Source of the DNA: Octopus vulgaris
Taxonomy: Eukaryota
Length of the DNA stretch: 64,000 nt
Direction: 5' to 3'
Assembly: GCA_951406725.2 (NCBI GenBank)
Contig: OX597825.1
Span: 65,720,001-65,784,000, forward strand
Shown here: piece after piece, positions 40,549-54,560 of the stretch
Layout of the letters: each line of letters begins with the position of its first letter
Numbering within the stretch: the stretch's first letter is position 1
Made by a program: the position numbers and the translations under genes
Notes under the pieces: generated by a model
Told to the model about the DNA's origin: nothing
Database searches by the model: none
The model's input: the letters and a program-made list of their open reading frames with translations, nothing else

Positions 40549-41620
40549 GTCGAGCTGGCAGAAACGTTAGCACGCCGGGCGAAATGCGTAGCCGTATTTC
40601 GTCTGTCATTACGTTCTGAGTTCAAATTCCGCCGAGGTCGACTTCGCCTTTCATCCTTTCGGGGTCGATAAATAAAGTACCAGTTACGCACTGGGGTCAA
40701 TGTAATCGACTTAATCCCTTTGCCTGTCCTTGTTTGTTCCCTCTATGTTTAGCCCCTTGTGCGCAATAAATAAATAAGAATGTTTCTATCTGGCACTGTA
40801 CAACCCCCAGTCGTACAGTGTTATTATCCTCAAACGGTTGAGGCGTTATAACGTCCACTCAGTATCACAGCATGAATACTATATCAGCACAGACAAGACT
40901 GTGTATGTGTGTTCTCCCACCATCACTTGACAAGATCTTGGCGTGCTTACGTGTCCCTGTAATTTAGCAATTCGGCAAAAGAGCCCGATAGAATAAGTAC
41001 TAGAGTTACAATACATAAGTCCTGGGGTCGATTTATTCGACTACAAGGCGGTGCTTCAGCATGGCCGCAGTCAAGTAACTGAAACAAGTGAAAGAATAAA
41101 AGAAGAATATATATAGTTCAAAGTTACAGGCAACAAAATCCGGAGACAGGTGTAGGAACAACAAGCAGGTGTATTAGTTTAAAGCTCGGGAAAAATGGAA
41201 AAGTCTTTCACGTTTCGAGTCTACCAAATTCACTTACAGGTCTTTAGTCAGCCTGTGGCTATAATAGAAAACACTTTTCCAAGGAGGTACCCTGCAGCAA
41301 GATTGAACGCAGGAACATGTGGTTGGGAAGCTAAATTCTTAACGCACAGTCACAACTTGCCACACGGCATTTATACATATAAATACATATTTCTTTATTA
41401 CCCACAAGGGGCTAAACATAGAGGGGACAAACAAGGACAGACATAGGTATTATGTCGATTACATCGACCCCAGTGCGTAACTGGTACTTAATTTATCGAC
41501 CCCGAAAGGATGAAAGGCACAGTCGACCTCGGCGGAATTTGAGCTCAGAACGTAACGGCAGACGAAGTACCGCAAAGCATTTCGCCCGGTGTGCTAACGC
41601 TTCTGCTAGCTCGCCGCCTT
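40549..41620. mobile_element. SINE cluster: A1 (+) 40549-40779, B fragments 40900-41103 and 41218-41360, hammerhead-element fragment 41115-41224, A1 (-) 41391-41620
   Basis: Consensus matches; the last copy has a 13-bp TSD TATAAATACATAT (41378-41390, 41620-41632). Confidence 0.85.
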
Positions 41621-42245
41621 ATAAATACATATAAATACAGCCGGATTCTTTCCAATTATATTTCTTCTATTCGTCTCTCAAACAATTTTCAAACTTTCAG
41701 ACATTAACAGTCTATTTTATCCATATAGAAGTCACTAAGACTCAATAGTAATTCACTAACCTTTCGACTACCTCGTTTCACTTACAATATTTGAATTTTG
41801 CCCAGGGATTTAAATAATCATTTTCTTATATTCAATATTAATCACGCTCTGCACAACGGTTTTTCATTCACTGTAGCCCTTGAGATTTCCTTATGCACCG
41901 AGTTTTACATTAGTGGGTGTCTTCAAAGATAACTACTATATATATCCAATTATCTCCGTTTACCTAATAAATAATTATCTGTACGAGGTCATATCTGATA
42001 GTCATGTCTCTTATTCATAACATTATATATATATATATGCATACATAGACACAGACACACACACACATATATATATATATTGTACATTTACTTCTCCCAT
42101 ACTTAATTATACAGTAAATTACTTGCTGTCATTTTTGTGCCAGTATAATATGATATTACCAAAGCCAGGTTTTCTATTTACGTATGCCTATGTTTGAGTG
42201 TCTCTCTAATAATATATGCGTAGATATACACATACATGACTATAT

Positions 42246-42333
<88 letters not shown>

Positions 42334-42338
42334 GTACG

Positions 42339-42408
<70 letters not shown>

Positions 42409-42507
42409 ACAATATTATATTATTTAATAGCAGTTTGACTTCGCCCATGCAGTATAATAATCAATGGGTTAAAATAAACTAGCTCTTCGGGCTTAGGTAC
42501 GTTAAGC

Positions 42508-42561
<54 letters not shown>

Positions 42562-42590
42562 TAGATAGATAGATAGATAGGGTAGGTAGG

Positions 42591-42637
<47 letters not shown>

Positions 42638-42638
42638 C

Positions 42639-42717
<79 letters not shown>

Positions 42718-42869
42718 TAGATCCTGAAACCACAGTCGCCGCTAGATGGAAATTGTTCGATCCCTTGTTTGAAATATATTGGATATAGATATTGTGCTGT
42801 TAACCAGTTGGCGGAGGTGTTCTATGCAGAACAACCACGTTAAGGTGGTGACAACCATTGCTTGCTTTA

Positions 42870-42925
<56 letters not shown>

Positions 42926-43939
42926 ATGTATATATATATATATATTTATATATAAACATATACATAAAGAGAGAGAGAGATCCATATATGTAATGTATAT
43001 ATATATAACACAAGCAAAGAGACATGAGTAGATTAACCGCTTGATAGAGAAGTAGGCAGACGTACCTTTATGTCTATAGATGTATATACCTATATGGATG
43101 CATATTTATATACATGCACAAATCTATATATAAATAGAAACATACGAGGTGCCTTGAAAAACTATCTGACTTTATTTTATACCTCAAAACTAATGCGGCA
43201 ATGGCAAAATTTTTTGAGTTAGAGGTGACACTACCTTCCGTACACATGCGTGAAAATTTTCGCGCAGGTAGGCCACATCAGTTCCTGGCTGTTATACTTA
43301 GTGTATTGACGTGTAGTGCTCGCTAGGGTATGAAATTAAACCGGTGAAAATAGAGAGATAGAATGATTTCAGATTTCCTATGACATTCAGAAACTGATAG
43401 GAAATGGGAAACAATGTTTAGGTGCATGTATAGACAGTACGTGGACGGTAGTGGGGTGGAAACTTGGTCGAATGAGAGGAAAGGAAAAGAGTAATAAAAG
43501 GAGAAAGGGGGGCAGTGAAACCCTTCTGTCTCACTTTTATCTCCTTCCCTAACATCTAAAACATGAAGAAGTTCTCTGTCCGAAACGTAAGAAATACACT
43601 GCTCACGACATTATTATTTCATTCTCTCTTTTACTTTCTCAGTAATGATAGCCTTTGCTGACACAGACCAATACCAGTCTCTCGGATTGTGTTTTATCTA
43701 AGTATGAATCTATGCATATATATATATATATATACATATATATACACACACATATACATATATACATATATGTACATATATATACATATACATATATATA
43801 TATACATATATACATACACATATACATATATACACATATACATATATACATATATACATACACATATACATATATATATATACACACATATATACACATA
43901 TATATATACATATATACACATATATACATACGTGCATAC

Positions 43940-43990
<51 letters not shown>

Positions 43991-43991
<1 letters not shown>

Positions 43992-44202
43992 CGGGAAGCT
44001 TTATGAAAATAGACAAAAGACGAAGGCAGGTGGGAAACAAACAAACAATTGTATTAGTATGGCGCTCAGGAAATATAAATAAAACAAGTCTTTAACGTTT
44101 CGAGCCTACGCTCTTCAACAGAAAGATACACAGAGAGAAAAAAAAACACAGAAAGAAGGAGAGAAAAAAAATGCGTGCAGTAACTAACGAATCAACATGG
44201 CG
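43991..44202 (-). mobile_element. Short element flanked by (TA)n on both sides, with a hammerhead-like fold at 44089-44126
   Basis: UCUUU-CUGUUGA-A-GAGC(GUAG)GCUC-GAAAC-GUU-AAAGA; homologous to 26285-26509. Confidence 0.75.
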
Positions 44203-44882
44203 ATATATATATATGGGTGTATCTGTACGTATGAATGTATATGTGTATATGTACATATATATATACCATATATATACACATATATTCATATTTCCACATA
44301 AGCAGACACACAAAGTCATATATATATTCTTCGGGTAGAACGTCGTTTTAAGTGCTATGCCTATCGCTGTGTTGTTTATATTATTTCTAAGTATTATTTT
44401 ATCGATTTTTACTGCTGTACATTAGATATTCTTGTCAACTGCCATGACAAGTTTGAACTGTATTTCGACATAGATTTCCATCAGCTTTCTTGTAATGTCT
44501 TGTAATGTCCGTACCATGAGAGTTGCTTCATAATTTCAATCCTTCGTTTATGGGTGTGTGAGAGCTAAGCGCTAAACATAGAGTTCTGATTTGGTTTGGG
44601 TGGGTAGAATATGCTGAATTCCAAAACAAAAGTGTTTCTGAAAGCGTTTCCGTATTCTAACGCAAGGAACGCAAAACAAAGACAGTGACAAGAGGCAACA
44701 ACTCACCAATTATGTAGAGAAGCAAGAAATGGGTTGTCATTCTTTTGTGAATAATTGAAGGTAAGTGATGGATTGAGAAAGACAAAATATATACAGTAGT
44801 AACAAAGTCAGGTAATAGGAAGAACAGCAAAAATGGTCACATACATTGCTTTGATGCAGAGTATTCCATCCATGGCATCCAC

Positions 44883-44885
44883 ATG

Positions 44886-44944
<59 letters not shown>

Positions 44945-45007
44945 CTTCCTCATCATCATTATTGCTTATTATTGTCATCTGCATCATCATCATCATCATT
45001 ATTATTA

Positions 45008-45074
<67 letters not shown>

Positions 45075-45121
45075 CTTCCTTATCATCATGCTTATTATTG
45101 TCATCTGCATCATCATCATCA

Positions 45122-45188
<67 letters not shown>

Positions 45189-45258
45189 CATTATTATTAT
45201 TAGTAGTAGTATCATCACCATCATCATCATCATCACTATTATTATCATCATCATCATA

Positions 45259-45320
<62 letters not shown>

Positions 45321-45406
45321 CTTCCTCATCATCATGCTTATTATTGTCATCTGCATCATCATCATTATTATTATTATTATTATCATTATTATTATTATCA
45401 TTATTA

Positions 45407-45484
<78 letters not shown>

Positions 45485-45528
45485 TCATCATCATCATCAT
45501 CATCACTATTATTATCATCATCATCATA

Positions 45529-45600
<72 letters not shown>
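44883..45600. repeat. (ATT)n/(ATC)n/(AGT)n compound array with higher-order repetition
   Basis: The spacer TCTTCCTCATCATC..GCTTATTATTGTCATCTGC recurs near 44944, 45074 and 45320. Confidence 0.9.
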
Positions 45601-45787
45601 TGATTAAAACTCTCTGTTTACTTTGCTAGGTATGATGGAAAGTGTCAGTTGTCCACCGCCAGAAGGCTAAGGTGACACTTATTTAATAATCATGCTTCAA
45701 GAACCCACCAGAGAACTCTTGCAATTCCAAACAATAATGATGATTTTTGTAGGAGTTCTATCTTTACATTTGTACCAATCGTTCTGG

Positions 45788-45960
45788 ACAAGATGGCAAA
45801 ATGGTTAGCACGCCGGGAAAATTGCTTAGCAGCATTTCGACCGTCTTCTCGTTCTCAATTCAAATTCCGCCGAGATCGACTTTGCCTGTCATCCTCTTTC
45901 GGGGTCGATCTAATCGACTAGTTCCTTCCCCCCAAATTTCAGGTCTTAGTAGAAAGGATT
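45788..45960 (+). mobile_element. Family-A2 SINE
   Basis: Head, B box and shortened body; tail runs into (ATT)n. Confidence 0.75.
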
Positions 45961-47015
45961 ATTATTATTATTCAGTTATCTTATTTTTATTGCGTACTTT
46001 CACTGCGCTACTGAGCGCAGCTCTGTGTGCCTTGGGTATGTACTGTAGCTTGTTGTGGTGCTCTTATTCTCACTGTATTGAAAGTATTTTACGTAGGATG
46101 TGTGCGGTGTCTACGAGTGCTATTTTCTATATGCTGTATAGATTTGTAAGTCCTGGAGATTTTATTATGTATTTTTCTGAATGCGCCCACTATGATAAGA
46201 ATTGTTTCTGTTTTTAGGCTGCACATTCGAATTACCTCTATTTCCAAATCTTTGGATTTTGAAAGTTTCTCCGTTACTTTAAGAGAAACATTGTCATCTG
46301 TTGTCGTTGAGACATCGATTAGAAAGCATTTTTCTTCTTGGTCATCTCTGACAACTATATCCGACCCTGCCTTGGCAGAGGTTTGCGCTCTCTGAGTGCT
46401 CTTGTTTATTAGTGATGTTGTTTTAATTTTTGGAAGGTATAATCGGTAGTCCATACTGAGATTTGTCGTTTTCAATTCTTTGACTATACTCATTTTTAGA
46501 GTATCATAATCATTAATTTCGCCTTCACTGCTTCCAGGTTTTAGATTTGTTTCGTATTCCCTCCCCTTCATATTTTTGTCTGTGGTGTTCTGGTTTGGTG
46601 CATTTTGCTCATCATTATGCATTCCTACGGTTTAGGTTTACTGCCATTCGGTACCTGCTTCGTTTTTGTTCGACATGTTACGTCTGGCATTGCTGTGTGG
46701 TCACTTTCTATGTTTTCCTGATGTATTTTTCCTTTTAGGTGGTCTGATTCTATTTCTGACATTTTTTTTTTGAGAATATATCTCCGTATGTTAACTAATA
46801 TATTAGGCTTCATTGCTAAATCCTAATCTTTATCTGGGTGATTTCTCTTCCAGATTTTACATGTATATGCTGCCGTGTTTTTGTTCTGTGGGTAGAGCGC
46901 TGCTGTAAAATAATAGGATGAAATATATTCCTCACGTGTCCATTTATGCCTTTTTTGACGTTAAATGGTTTTGCACGTGTATTTTTCGCACTTTTTGTGT
47001 CATAAGTTGGTTGAA
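45958..47015 (-). mobile_element. R4/Dong-like non-LTR retrotransposon, internally deleted (no RT)
   Basis: N-terminal RHKWTREEY...NILVNIRRYILK joined to a restriction-like endonuclease domain SDIVVRD...CFLIDVS...EKLSKSKDLEIEV.RM...IIVGA. (TAA)n at both ends. Confidence 0.8.
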
Positions 47016-47021
47016 TAATGC

Positions 47022-47096
<75 letters not shown>

Positions 47097-47140
47097 CATC
47101 ATCATCATCATCCTCATCATCATCATCATCATCATCATCG

Positions 47141-47189
<49 letters not shown>

Positions 47190-47603
47190 TATTAACATCA
47201 TCATCACTATTATTAAGGCGGTAAGCTGGCAGAATTGTTAGACTGCTGGATTCGGTTATTTTGAAAATCTCTAAACCGATGTAATTTTTCATGCTAATTA
47301 CGAAAAGCATAAGTTTTTCTTTCTTTCTTTCTTTCTTTCTTTTTTTTCGGAGAGATTCATTCAAAATAAAGAAGTTACAAGACTTTAAATACTGAAATTG
47401 CTTTGAATTTTGGCCAATCGGATGAAGGCCACCTTCGACACATCGAAAATTGGAATTGCCATATATTCCCATAACAGCATATTGAAACAACGTAGGCGAA
47501 TATATTCCAACGAAGCGAAATGAAACCAGCATGGTGAAGTAAGAAATTGAAAACCATTAAGAGCGGCCGGTTGGAGAATTTGAGGAGTTGATGCCCCACC
47601 ACC

Positions 47604-47633
47604 ACGCACCACGGTGGTGGTGGTGGTGGTTGC

Positions 47634-47692
<59 letters not shown>

Positions 47693-47948
47693 AAGAAGAA
47701 GAAGAAGAAGAAGAAGAAGAAGAAGAAGAAGAAAGGGAAGAAAGAGACGAAGAAGAAGAAGAAGAAGAAGAAGAAGAAGAAAGAGGAGAAAGAGGAGAAG
47801 AAGAAGAAGAAGAAGAAGAAGAAGAAAGAAAAAGAAGAAGAAGAAGAAGAAGAAGAAGAAGAAAGAGGAGAAAGAGGAGAAGAAGAAGAAGAAGAAGAAG
47901 AAGAAGAAGAAAGAGGAGAAGAAGAAGAAGAAAAAGAAAAAGAAAAAG

Positions 47949-47978
<30 letters not shown>
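47604..47978. repeat. (GGT)n-(GTA)n-(GAA)n compound microsatellite, possibly within a 5' UTR
   Basis: Directly visible; lies immediately upstream of the candidate ATG exon. Confidence 0.9.
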
Positions 47979-47979
<1 letters not shown>

Positions 47980-47993
47980 GTATCTCATCAAGA

Positions 47994-48018
47994 ATGGAGT
48001 TCAGTGAGCCAAAATTAG
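47994..48018 (+). CDS. Candidate first coding exon (MEFSEPKL, phase 1)
   Basis: AGAATGG start context and consensus donor AG|GTGAGT at 48019. CCAAT motif (~47414) and CpG-containing unique sequence upstream. Confidence 0.35.
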
Positions 48019-48543
48019 GTGAGTGTCGGCTAAATGATGTTAATTAGGTCACAGATGGAGAGTTAATGAAACGTAGGTAGACATACGAAAGCATATCTGT
48101 ATATATATATATACACATGTATGTATATAAACATACATACACGCATAGTAATTTCCCTCTCTCTTCTTTCTCTCATACACATTCGTCTATGTCTGCTACT
48201 CCCTTTACTCTCCCTCTTCCTCCTCCTCTCTCTCTCTCTCTCTCTTTCAAGTTACAGTTATATCAACAGATTTAGTAATGTTATATCTTCTTATATTTAT
48301 CCCCTGTACAATATCTATTTAACTAAAACTAATTTATAATATTGCTTTAATTGAAATTTAGTGAATAGCAAAAGTGAATTGAGGTGAATAGCAAAAGTCG
48401 GTTGAGCATCGGAAATAATCGTTCGTAGGATTTGTTCCAGTCCTTGGCGCTCTGAGTTCGAATACCACAATGGTTAATTTTACCCTTTTTATTTTCGGGA
48501 GTCAATAAAAATAGTACCAAAATTGTAAAAAATAAAAATGGAT

Positions 48544-48951
48544 AGACGCAGGAGTGGTTGTGTGGTAGGTAGCTTGCTTACCAACCACGTAGCTCCGGAT
48601 TCAGTCCCACTGCGTGGCACCTTGGGCAAGTGTCTTCTACTATAGCCTCGGGTCGACCAAAGCCTTGTGAGTGGATTTGGTAGACGGAAACTGAAAGAAG
48701 CCCGTCATATATATGTATATATGCATATATATGTGTGTGTGTGTGTGTTTGTGTGTCTGTGTTTGTCCCGCCAACATCACTTGACAACCGATGCTGGTGC
48801 GTTTACGTCCCCGTCACTTAGCGGTTCGGCAAAAGAGACCGATAGAATAAGTACTAGGCTTACAAAGAATAAGTCCTGGGGTTGATTTACTCGACTAAAG
48901 GCGGTACTCCAGCATGGGCGCAATCAAATGACTGAAACAAGTAAAAGAGAG
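48544..48951 (+). mobile_element. Family-B SINE, full length
   Basis: Consensus match head to tail. Confidence 0.9.
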
Positions 48952-49191
48952 TATGTTGGACTGCATGCCCTTGCGATATTCACTCCGCCTCTTTGTGTTT
49001 TTAATTTCAAATCCCGCCGTGGTACACTTGGACCGTAGGCTTACCCGTCCCTCCTCGATGTAACTGTATCCATTGTTGCAGGTGTTGCCATGGATAAACC
49101 TAACTCTGTTGCAAACATGTAGGCCAGATTTGCTATTTGAGGATATCTTCCTCAGCCGTTGTGCCGATAGGTAAAGAAACAATAATAATAA

Positions 49192-49253
<62 letters not shown>

Positions 49254-50772
49254 GATCAGTCACAAATACCGCGCTATAGAAGCTCTCTTTTTACTTCACG
49301 ATAATGACTTTCTGACTTGACAACTATTCATCACCAAAATGATTATGATCCCTTCTTCCCTTGCTTGATTTTTGAGCAAAGGACCTTCATTTTCATCTAA
49401 AATATATCAAAAGAGTGTATATACGATTTGATTTATTCGTTTATAACTTAACCCAAAATGTTGAAAACTTCGTTAGGGATATCAGTTAAAAATTGCAAGT
49501 TGTATATCACCCTAACTTTGATTTTGTTGGGATCAGTCGTCCATCATGATTAAGAATTATATGTTATTTGTCTTTGAAAACTCATATGTTTTTCACTGTT
49601 GTACAAATATTTCGCAATATTATTTATATTAATATATTATTAGTATATTAATTAGAACTTACAAGTTATATGAAAATTTGCTTTTTATTTTGATAGATCC
49701 ACCTGCTACTAATATGATAAACGTGTGAGTTATCCTTCAAAACTCATGAATTCCTTGGTTTTTACGTTTCCTCAAATATATAAGCTGTAAATGGCAGTAA
49801 CTTCACTCAAAATCTTTGCCCTTTTGGAGTCTCTTTTAACTCACCATTCTCGCCAGGAAAGCCAGTTTATTTTAAACATTAAAAAAAGAAGAAAAAAAAA
49901 CACTATTGCTATAATCGAGTATTATACAACCTCACTTTCTTTTCCATTATCCAGTGAGAAAGGAAGAAGATCAACAGACAAGAGGACAATATGAAAGAAC
50001 GGTATGCTTACATTGGTTTCTCGATTACATTAACAATTTGTTATTCAGTGTCTTTAATTATCAGATCGGCGCCTTTTCTATTCTGCTAAAACGTACCTCC
50101 GCACTAAACGTTTTCAAATGTTTCTCGCCATTCATCTTCTAAGTATAACTTAGCTACCAAGCTAACAGCTGCTCCATCTGTTATTCCTCGTATTAGCAAC
50201 ATCTTCTGTTCTTCAAATTAAGTTCTGTCATTTCGAGAACCGTGTGTACCTAATTGCCAATTACATTACAGAACGAGTTAATAGTTTTGGTATGGATTCA
50301 AAGTAGATTTTAGATTTATTTCCAGTCGATGTTAATTAAGGAGCTAACCAAATTAATATCCTCAATAACCCGAGGAATCTTAATTATGAACTATAATAAG
50401 ATATAACGTTAACTAATCAGACCATCCCAGGTCTATTCCAAGTTTTAGTTAATCATTGAATTTACTTTCGTTACTACTGAAGATAAATTAATGTAACAAC
50501 CTCAACGACCAGATGTTCTTACAAAGCAACAGAAGCTTCAGTACATAGTCACTTGACCTGCAAGAAATAGCAGCCCAATCTCCCTCAAACCACTCCCTAT
50601 CGTCTTAAGACAGGAGACATTAAATAATATAGGTCAATACATATTATATTTTAAAAGAGAAGGTCAGGTCAGGACTAGAATGTCTGTGACAAAACAACTA
50701 CAGCAGCAACAATATACTCGTCTTCAGGTCTTCAGGTCTCTCATCAATTTAGAGTGTCAAATTGACACTCTA

Positions 50773-51255
50773 AATGGTGGTGAGCAAGCAGAATCGTTAG
50801 GGCATCTAGCAAAACACTCAGTAGTATTTGTTACTGCTCCTTAAAATTTTAAGTTCAAATCCCGCCAAGGTCAAATTTACTTTGCATCTCCCTAGAATCG
50901 ATAAAATAAAGTACTATTCAAGTTCTGGGGTCGATTACATCGGCTTACTTTTTCTCATAAAGGCGGCGAGCTGGCAGAAACGTTAGCGCGCCGGGCGACA
51001 TGCTCAGCAGTATATCGTCTGTCGCTACGTTCTGAGTTCAAATTCCACCGAGGTCGACTTTGCCTTTCATCCTTTCGGGGTCGATAAATTAAGTACCACT
51101 GCCTCTACGCACTGGGGTCGATGTAATCGACTTAATCCGTTTGTCTGTCCTTGTTTGTCCCCTCTGTGTTTAGCCCCTTGTGGGTAATATAGAAATAGAA
51201 ATAGGCTTACTTTTTCTCATCAAAACTACTGACCTTGTACCTAAATTAGAAACAA
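50773..51255 (+). mobile_element. A1 SINE (50960-51203) nested in an older A2 SINE
   Basis: 17-bp TSD GGCTTACTTTTTCTCAT at 50942-50958 and 51204-51220; the A2 tail resumes afterwards. Confidence 0.9.
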
Positions 51256-51370
51256 TTTCAAACGAGAAAGAACATTCATCTGACCTGTGGGTAGCGTCTC
51301 TGTTTAGCCATTGGTTAGGAAAAGATTGACATGAGTTATATTTATTAATTTCTCTACACTGTTATCATAA

Positions 51371-51755
51371 TCTATATATATAAGGCTGAAGTTGTCTGTG
51401 TGTGGCAGGTTTGGTAGACTTCAACTAACACTATCTCCTCCGAGACCCTGCGGCGCAAGTTGACCAAAATTGAGAGTATGCTGGAAGGCTTGCTCTTCAT
51501 TCCGTAGAGGAAAGAATTCAAATGTTAACACCAAAAATTATTTACATCAAAAAGGTGCTTTTTTTCTATGAAAATCCCTATTTTTTACAATTTTTTGACT
51601 GCTGTATCGCATTTTTTCGGTGTATTTCAACTAGAAAATTTTTAACTGAAAGAGAATAACAAGCTACATAATGCAAAATTTTTACTTTTCAAAAATTCCA
51701 ATCCTAAAGAGTTGAAAGGAAAACAAACTCAAGCAACGCCCGGCGATACTGCTAG
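51371..51755 (+). mobile_element. Non-autonomous Helitron
   Basis: 5' TCTATATATATAA, 3' GCAACGCCCGGC...CTAG, inserted between A and T with no TSD. Confidence 0.75.
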
Positions 51756-51881
51756 TATATTCATAAAAGTCTGATACTCTGCCGACCGATCTTTTCGGGC
51801 GTAGGAAAAAGATTGAAGTTCCATCGAATTTCGAACAACTGCGTGCTAAGCAGATGGGATAAACACAACACCATGGAACCA

Positions 51882-52292
51882 AGAGCTGTTCTTCGTGGGC
51901 ACAATACAACAGCGATTAACATTCTCGTTCGGATCTGCTGGAATGTATTAAGAATGAGTATGTATGAATATGAATATATACTAGAGCTTATGAGTATTAC
52001 TAGAGTTTTACTCGTCATATGACAAGTAACTTTAGAAGTATTCTTTCACCAACCTGTGTAATATCAAGAATCATGGCATGCATGCAATAATTGTAATTTA
52101 ATCGTTATCAAATTTCTTGGTCATTATACAAAATGATGAAATGAATACTAATTTTTGAACAGAAAAATATTGTCTTCAAATAAAATTTAATAAAAGAAAG
52201 CAATAACGTACATTCTCGTTCTTAATACGTTCCGGCAGATTCGAACGAGAATCTGCGAATCGCTGTTGTATCGTGTCTACGAATAACAACTT
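51882..52292. mobile_element. MITE with ~85-bp terminal inverted repeats
   Basis: 51882-51966 is the reverse complement of 52205-52292. The internal part matches 32480-32625 and an arm matches 28865-28935. Confidence 0.75.
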
Positions 52293-52469
52293 CATATATT
52301 TTTCATTTGTATAACTCCTCCCATAAATACTAAGTCATTGATTCATTGACTCCTTTTTTCTTTACTTCATCGTCTGCCTCTGTGAAAATTTCCTCTTTCA
52401 CTGTGAGTATATTTTAAACGATCTTTTACTGAGTGCATGCCACCAAGCTTACTATGTATACCGCAGTAC

Positions 52470-52880
52470 TCAGTTGATACTCATTTTCAGCTGAGTAAAC
52501 TTGAGTAACGTGAAATGGAGTACTTTGTTCAGAGACACAACTCGCCATACAATCGAGGGAAAATCCCTGATTTCACGACATTATCACGTTGAGTCGAACC
52601 CCTCTAACCAATAGGCCACATGCCTTCACAAACAGAGTGCATCAGAATTCAACAAATTACAAAACTTAGTTTTGTGACTAAGAACGTGTTATTGCGTAGT
52701 GAAAACGTCTGGTTAAAGCATTTTGAATGCACATTTCAGGAAATAAACCTTTATCAAATAAGAATATGAAAAATGCAGAATATGCTTCGATTTTTGAACC
52801 GGGCAATGTGATGTGTTCTTCAGCAAAAAACACTTCATTTCTCGTTTCTCCAGTTCAGTCAGCTGGCAAAAATGAGTCAG
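52470..52880. mobile_element. Two degenerate D-head (CORE-like) SINE fragments in opposite orientation
   Basis: Minus copy ~52478-52630; plus copy ~52786-52880 ending CAGCTGGCAAAAATGAGT. A similar relic lies at 60705-60850 (-). Confidence 0.6.
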
Positions 52881-54129
52881 AATCTGGGGAGCTGGCCTTA
52901 TAATCCCTTGGATCAAGAAGCACCTTTGATTTCTTTTTCTTTTCTTTTTTCTTTTTATATTTTTGCTTTGAAATGTGAAGAGAATTTTCATTGAGTAAAT
53001 GAAGGGACGTCAATGTAGTAAGCGCGAACTACAAGAAATAGCAGTTAAATTCTCTTAGACGAAACCCTTTTGTTTCAATAAAAGGGTAATTTGAATAAGA
53101 TACAGAAGGCTGTAATCTGAGAATAAAAGTAAGCTGTGAAGTTCAGGACATGAAGGGATTTGATTAAAGATCTATCTGACCAGGGCTGACCTGAGGCTGC
53201 AATAACGATTACAACAAAAACTATACCCACCAAAATCGTGCAAAAGAAATATATAACCAGGTGGAATTATATAATGTTTCAATAATAGAAATATTAATCA
53301 GCACACCTGTAGATCTTCCCAGAATGAACACGATTACTTTTCTGGTTTAGAAACTGGTAATGCTATTTTTTAATAAGCAATTGCAGACTGCGTGACGTTA
53401 TAGTAATACGCTTATTTTTATCCTAAGATGCTATTTCTTTTGACGTATATTCTGAAAGATATCTGCAGTGTAAGGAAAACTGTATTCAATATTATATAAA
53501 AACATATATTCAATATTATATAAAAACATATATACAACAAAATATGATATCCGGATTGAGCTTCATTGAGTCAAAATTTCAATTCAATGGAAATACTTGC
53601 GATATTCTCGTTTATGTGAGAGTAACTCTACTAGCAATGAGTAAAATAAGTTGGCTATAAAATATTATAAGAAGGAAAAAAATGAATTAAACAGTTCTTT
53701 TTATGGATTGGTTAATTTTTATAGATTTTCTTCCTAAATATGTCAAACAAAGCGTCTCATGCACAGTTTTTTATGAAGCTAAGACTTCTAAGAGTTTTGA
53801 ATGTTTCCGAATGACCTTTAATATAGATTTAAATCTAGCATAAAAATATCGAATATGAAATAGATATTTATGACAACAGACTTTAGCAAAACGTCTATGT
53901 TCTCTTATAACAGAACTGTTAATGTCATTTTTGATCTTGTTGCTCTTTTGTTGTTGTTGCTCAGCTTTAGGTCAGACCTCATCGAGAAGACCTATGATCA
54001 AAGGCGATCAAACCGTGACCATCAAACATTGTTTAATATAACTCTTTATTTTAGACAATAAGGTGAGACTTGAGGATAGCTTGACTGCTATTTCTAGCTA
54101 GTCTAATAACCACGTAGAAGTGTGTCTAG

Positions 54130-54455
54130 TATAGTGGTGATGATGGGGTTGGGGTGCTGGTGATGTTGGTGATGGCGTTAGTGGTTAATGTTGGTGTTGA
54201 TTGTGTGTGTGGGGGTGGATGGTGTTGGTGCTGATTGTGGTTGTGGTAGTGGCGTTGTTGATGTTGATGGCAGTGATGATGGTGGTGATGTGGTGTTTGT
54301 GACGGTGCTGGTGGTGGTAGTGGAGCTATTGGTGCTCCTGGCGCTGCTGCTAGTGATGTAGGCATTGATGATGCTATTGGTTTTGTCGCTGATGATGGTG
54401 GTGGTGGTGGTGGTGGTGGTGGTCGTCGTCGTCGTCGTGTTGTTGTCGTTGGTGG

Positions 54456-54486
<31 letters not shown>

Positions 54487-54560
54487 GCTGCTGCTGCTGC
54501 TGGTTGTAGTGGTGGTGGTGGTGGTGGCGGTGGTGGTGCTGATGGTGCCTTTCATGGTGC
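54130..54560. repeat. Cryptic (GGT)n/(GCT)n trinucleotide array
   Basis: Directly visible. Confidence 0.9.

Noticed and set aside
43143-43330. Mariner-like end TACGAGGTGCCTTGAAAAACTATC
   Set aside because: No partner TIR or transposase sequence found, so it is not listed as a feature.
43555-43592. Additional hammerhead (ATGAAGA...CGAAACGTAAGA)
   Set aside because: Core and stem II too degraded; at most a relic of the same class.
44695-44885. Exon candidates near donors at 44761 (+) and ~44705 (-)
   Set aside because: In-frame stops in the plausible frames and no matching acceptor.
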